Origin: an uncultured Candidatus Actinomarina sp.
GTDB taxonomy: Bacteria; Actinomycetota; Acidimicrobiia; Actinomarinales; Actinomarinaceae
Length of the DNA stretch: 64,000 nt
Reading direction: 5' to 3'
Assembly (NCBI GenBank): GCA_902634185.1
Contig: CACPJC010000001.1
Location: 128,001-192,000, forward strand
This document shows, piece after piece, positions 61,189 through 64,000 of this stretch. Below the pieces are notes generated by a model. It was not told the origin of the DNA. It ran no database searches and was given only the letters and a program-made list of their open reading frames with translations. Numbering within the stretch: position 1 is the stretch's first letter; each line of letters begins with the position of its first letter. Both the position numbers and the translations under genes were made by a program.

Positions 61189-61326
61189 TTAATTTTCGCT
61201 GTCTTCAGAATTTTGTTTTTTTCTTAGCCATGTAAGTAAAAGTGCTGGAATTAAAAACATTAGCATTTCATCCCATCCACCTTGGTGGTGAAAAACTGGT
61301 GGACTATTTGTGAAAATTAAGTTCAT
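61189..61326 (-). CDS. Small single-TM protein with HQGGWDE motif
   Basis: Not in the ORF track. MNLIFTNSPPVFHHQGGWDEMLMFLIPALLLTWLRKKQNSEDSEN; ATGA overlap with the nuoN (copy 2) stop. Confidence 0.7.
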   Translation of the reverse strand: MNLIFTNSPPVFHHQGGWDEMLMFLIPALLLTWLRKKQNSEDSEN

Positions 61327-62795
61327 AAATAACTACGTACTATCCATCTTGAAATATTTATCAAAGAGCTGGGAACAAGGCCAAAAAATATAGTCAATGT
61401 CACTAAAGTACTAATTACTAAATATTCAGATTTTTTTAATTTCAATATCTCTATAGGTGCTTCTGTCTTTTCAATAGTTGCTATCCAAATTGGTCTTAAG
61501 TAAAAATAAAATCCTGCAACCGTTGACAATAAAAGAATGGAAACAAGGAGATATTTTTCATAAGCCCATAAGTTTGTTAACAAAATAAATTTTGAGACGA
61601 ATCCGCTTGTTAAAGGAATTCCCGCTAAACCAAACATAAATACGCAAAATGAAGTTGCAAGAAACCGATTATTTATAAATAATCCCTGAATACTTTGAAT
61701 GTTAAATTCTGATGATAGTTTTCCATTTATAATTGAAAAAATTATAAATATTCCAATTAATTGGAGTATGTAAGTAAATAGATAAAACATAGATGCACTT
61801 GTTCCATTTATACCTGATACAATTCCAGATAAAATAAATCCAGACTGGACTACACCACTATAAGCTAAAAGCCTTTTTAAATCTTCTTGTATAGATGCAA
61901 ATAAAGAACCAATGAGAGCAGAAGAAACAATAACTATTAAAAAGAAGATATTGAAATTTTCAATAATCAAGTTTGTTGATACCAAACAAAGTCTTGCAAT
62001 AACAATAAATGATGAAACTTTGGCTATTGAAGACATGAATCCAACATATCCCGTTGGTGAACCTTGATAAACATCAGGAGCCCAGGATTGAAAAGGTGCA
62101 GCAGCAATTTTAAATAGTAAACCAATAAAAATAAGCAAAACACCTATTGATGTTGTAAGTGGTACAGAATCAGGTCCAACATAAGCGATACCTAAGGCAA
62201 GGTTATAAACACTAAAAACTGAAAAAGATACATAGACTAAAGAGACACCGTAAATCAATATACAAGATGCGAGCGACCCTAACAGAAAATACTTTAGGGA
62301 AGCCTCATTACTTAGCTTGTCGCCTCTATTTAAACCAGCGAGAGCATATAAACTAATAGATCCAATCTCCAAACCAATAAATAACATTATTAAATTTTCA
62401 GAGTCCACCATTAACATAAAGCCAGAAGCACTCATCAGAGTGAGAATTATTGCCTCCGTTGTTTTTTCTTTTAATTGTTTTGATGAGTCCCAAATAGGTA
62501 AAAAATTAAATAATAAAATAAGCGAAATTAAGACATTACCAAACAGAGAAAATTCGTCTAATAATATTTTTTGAGTGAAATATGAACTTACTCCATTCTC
62601 TAAAAACAATCCAAACTTTAAAAATACACAAAAACAAGTAATAAGCATTCCCATAAACGTAATTGATTTTTTTACAATTTCATTAGATTCAATAGTGATT
62701 GTAAAAAATAGAAGAACCAAGGCTGTACCAACTAAAGCAATGGTTGGAGAAATTACAATTAAATTGAAACCTATTGCTGCACTAATTTCACTCAT
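61323..62795 (-). CDS. nuoN: NADH-quinone oxidoreductase subunit N (copy 2)
   Basis: EASLKYFLLG, FKIAAAPFQSWAPDVYQGSP, KRLLAYS, AGIPLTSGF. Confidence 0.94.
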   Translation of the reverse strand: MSEISAAIGFNLIVISPTIALVGTALVLLFFTITIESNEIVKKSITFMGMLITCFCVFLKFGLFLENGVSSYFTQKILLDEFSLFGNVLISLILLFNFLPIWDSSKQLKEKTTEAIILTLMSASGFMLMVDSENLIMLFIGLEIGSISLYALAGLNRGDKLSNEASLKYFLLGSLASCILIYGVSLVYVSFSVFSVYNLALGIAYVGPDSVPLTTSIGVLLIFIGLLFKIAAAPFQSWAPDVYQGSPTGYVGFMSSIAKVSSFIVIARLCLVSTNLIIENFNIFFLIVIVSSALIGSLFASIQEDLKRLLAYSGVVQSGFILSGIVSGINGTSASMFYLFTYILQLIGIFIIFSIINGKLSSEFNIQSIQGLFINNRFLATSFCVFMFGLAGIPLTSGFVSKFILLTNLWAYEKYLLVSILLLSTVAGFYFYLRPIWIATIEKTEAPIEILKLKKSEYLVISTLVTLTIFFGLVPSSLINISRWIVRSYL

Positions 62796-64000
62796 TGTGA
62801 AACTCCTATGAGATTGCTAATTGATTCATAAATTACTGATACATCTTGAACAACGTAGCTTTCTATAAAACTTGGATATATGCCAATGAACAACATTAAA
62901 GCAAGTAATGGACCTACTGCTACCAGTTCTTTTGAATTTAAATCTGTCAACACAGCATTTTCATCATTATCTATTTGTCCATTAAACATCCTTTGATAAG
63001 CCCAAAGCATATAAATTGCTGCAAGGACAACACCAAATGCTGCAACAGAGGTAAGAACTTTAAAAGTCGGATAACTTCCCATTAAAATCATAAACTCACC
63101 AACAAATCCATTGAGTCCCGGTAGTCCTATCGAAGCAAATGAGGTAAATAAGAATATTGATGCATATATTGGCATTGATTTTCTCAAACCCCCAAAATCT
63201 GATATTCTCCTTGTGTGTCTTCGGTCATATAAAAATCCAACAAGCATAAATAATGCACCAGAAGTTATACCGTGATTTATCATTTGAATTACAGCGCCTT
63301 CAAGACTTAAGTATCTTCCTGCTGAAATACCGAGCATTACAAATCCCATGTGGCTTATTGAGGAATATGCAATTAGTTTTTTAATGTCTATTTGAACAAT
63401 TGCTACGATTGCACCATAAATTATCCCTACAACAGATAGAAATGCAATTATGAATTGGTACCTAAGAAATCCTTCTGTAAAAAAAGGAATTGATACTCTT
63501 AATATTCCATAAGCTCCAACTTTCAAAAGAACTCCAGCCAACAAGATACTTCCAGCGGTAGGTGCTTCCACGTGAGCATCTGGTAACCAGGTGTGAAGTG
63601 GAAATAAAGGTACTTTTACAAGGAAACCAAATGTGAATAGTAAAAATAATATTTCTGACTGGTTGGTGGTAATTGGCATAACTGCTATTGATTCAAAATC
63701 TAGCGCAAATTTACCAGATGAAATGTAGCTTAAAACTCCCGTATATATTGTTCCAGCGAGGATAAAAATTGAACCAAAGACTGTATATAAAATAAATTTA
63801 ATTGTTGCATATCTTCTATTACTTCCACCCCAGATACCCATTAAAAAATACATTGGAATTAGCAAGGCTTCAAAAAATATAAATAATGAAACTAAATCAC
63901 CTGCCAAGAATACTCCATTTACAGCAGCTTGTAAGAGCATGATTGATCCCAGAAATCCTTTACTTTCTGCATATTCTTGATTTACTGAAAGAATTGACAA
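62792..64000 (-). CDS. nuoM: NADH-quinone oxidoreductase subunit M (copy 2; 5' end outside window)
   Basis: VKVPLFPLHTWLPDAHVEAPTAGS, GLPGLNGFVGEF. Confidence 0.95.
   Translation of the reverse strand: MSILSVNQEYAESKGFLGSIMLLQAAVNGVFLAGDLVSLFIFFEALLIPMYFLMGIWGGSNRRYATIKFILYTVFGSIFILAGTIYTGVLSYISSGKFALDFESIAVMPITTNQSEILFLLFTFGFLVKVPLFPLHTWLPDAHVEAPTAGSILLAGVLLKVGAYGILRVSIPFFTEGFLRYQFIIAFLSVVGIIYGAIVAIVQIDIKKLIAYSSISHMGFVMLGISAGRYLSLEGAVIQMINHGITSGALFMLVGFLYDRRHTRRISDFGGLRKSMPIYASIFLFTSFASIGLPGLNGFVGEFMILMGSYPTFKVLTSVAAFGVVLAAIYMLWAYQRMFNGQIDNDENAVLTDLNSKELVAVGPLLALMLFIGIYPSFIESYVVQDVSVIYESISNLIGVSQ

Noticed and set aside
1-64000. CRISPR arrays, IS elements, rRNA genes
   Set aside because: No regularly spaced repeats, transposase ORFs or rRNA-like segments were seen.

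Overview
AT-rich, very tightly packed chromosomal segment. Its proteins look actinobacterial (beta' lineage-specific coiled-coil insert, extended S3, IdeR-like regulator, heliorhodopsin), best matching a streamlined low-GC marine actinobacterium such as Ca. Actinomarina; this assignment is an inference. Bases 1-35.6 kb are one minus-strand core super-cluster: tRNA-Tyr/Thr/Met, rpmG, ECF sigma/ZAS anti-sigma, tRNA-Trp, secE-nusG-rplKAJL-rpoBC, the str, S10, spc and alpha operons, truA-rplM-rpsI-glmM, a glmS ribozyme and glmS. Bases 36.6-49.8 kb carry an 11-subunit complex I-like operon (nuoABCDHIJKLMN, no nuoEFG) followed by a MidA/NDUFAF7-type methyltransferase, htpX, a rhodanese and a PfkB kinase. 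Then come a heliorhodopsin, an Fe(III) ABC transporter, a DtxR-family regulator, YbaN, tdk, an ABC-2 exporter and the end of a second nuo cluster (nuoM-nuoN). No mobile elements, CRISPR arrays or rRNA are visible. Most notable: (1) a candidate iron-control module with a DtxR paralogue whose metal ligands have degenerated, twin GTTAAY-N4-GTTAAC operators, and two divergent leaderless Cys-Pro microproteins missing from the ORF track; (2) loss of structural zinc ligands in beta' Zn site II, Tdk, L33, L36 and S14; (3) a complete glmS ribozyme; (4) an anti-sigma stop codon overlapped by tRNA-Trp; (5) a probable AUU start for nuoN; (6) a pervasive leaderless TANNNT-N6/7-start promoter architecture.
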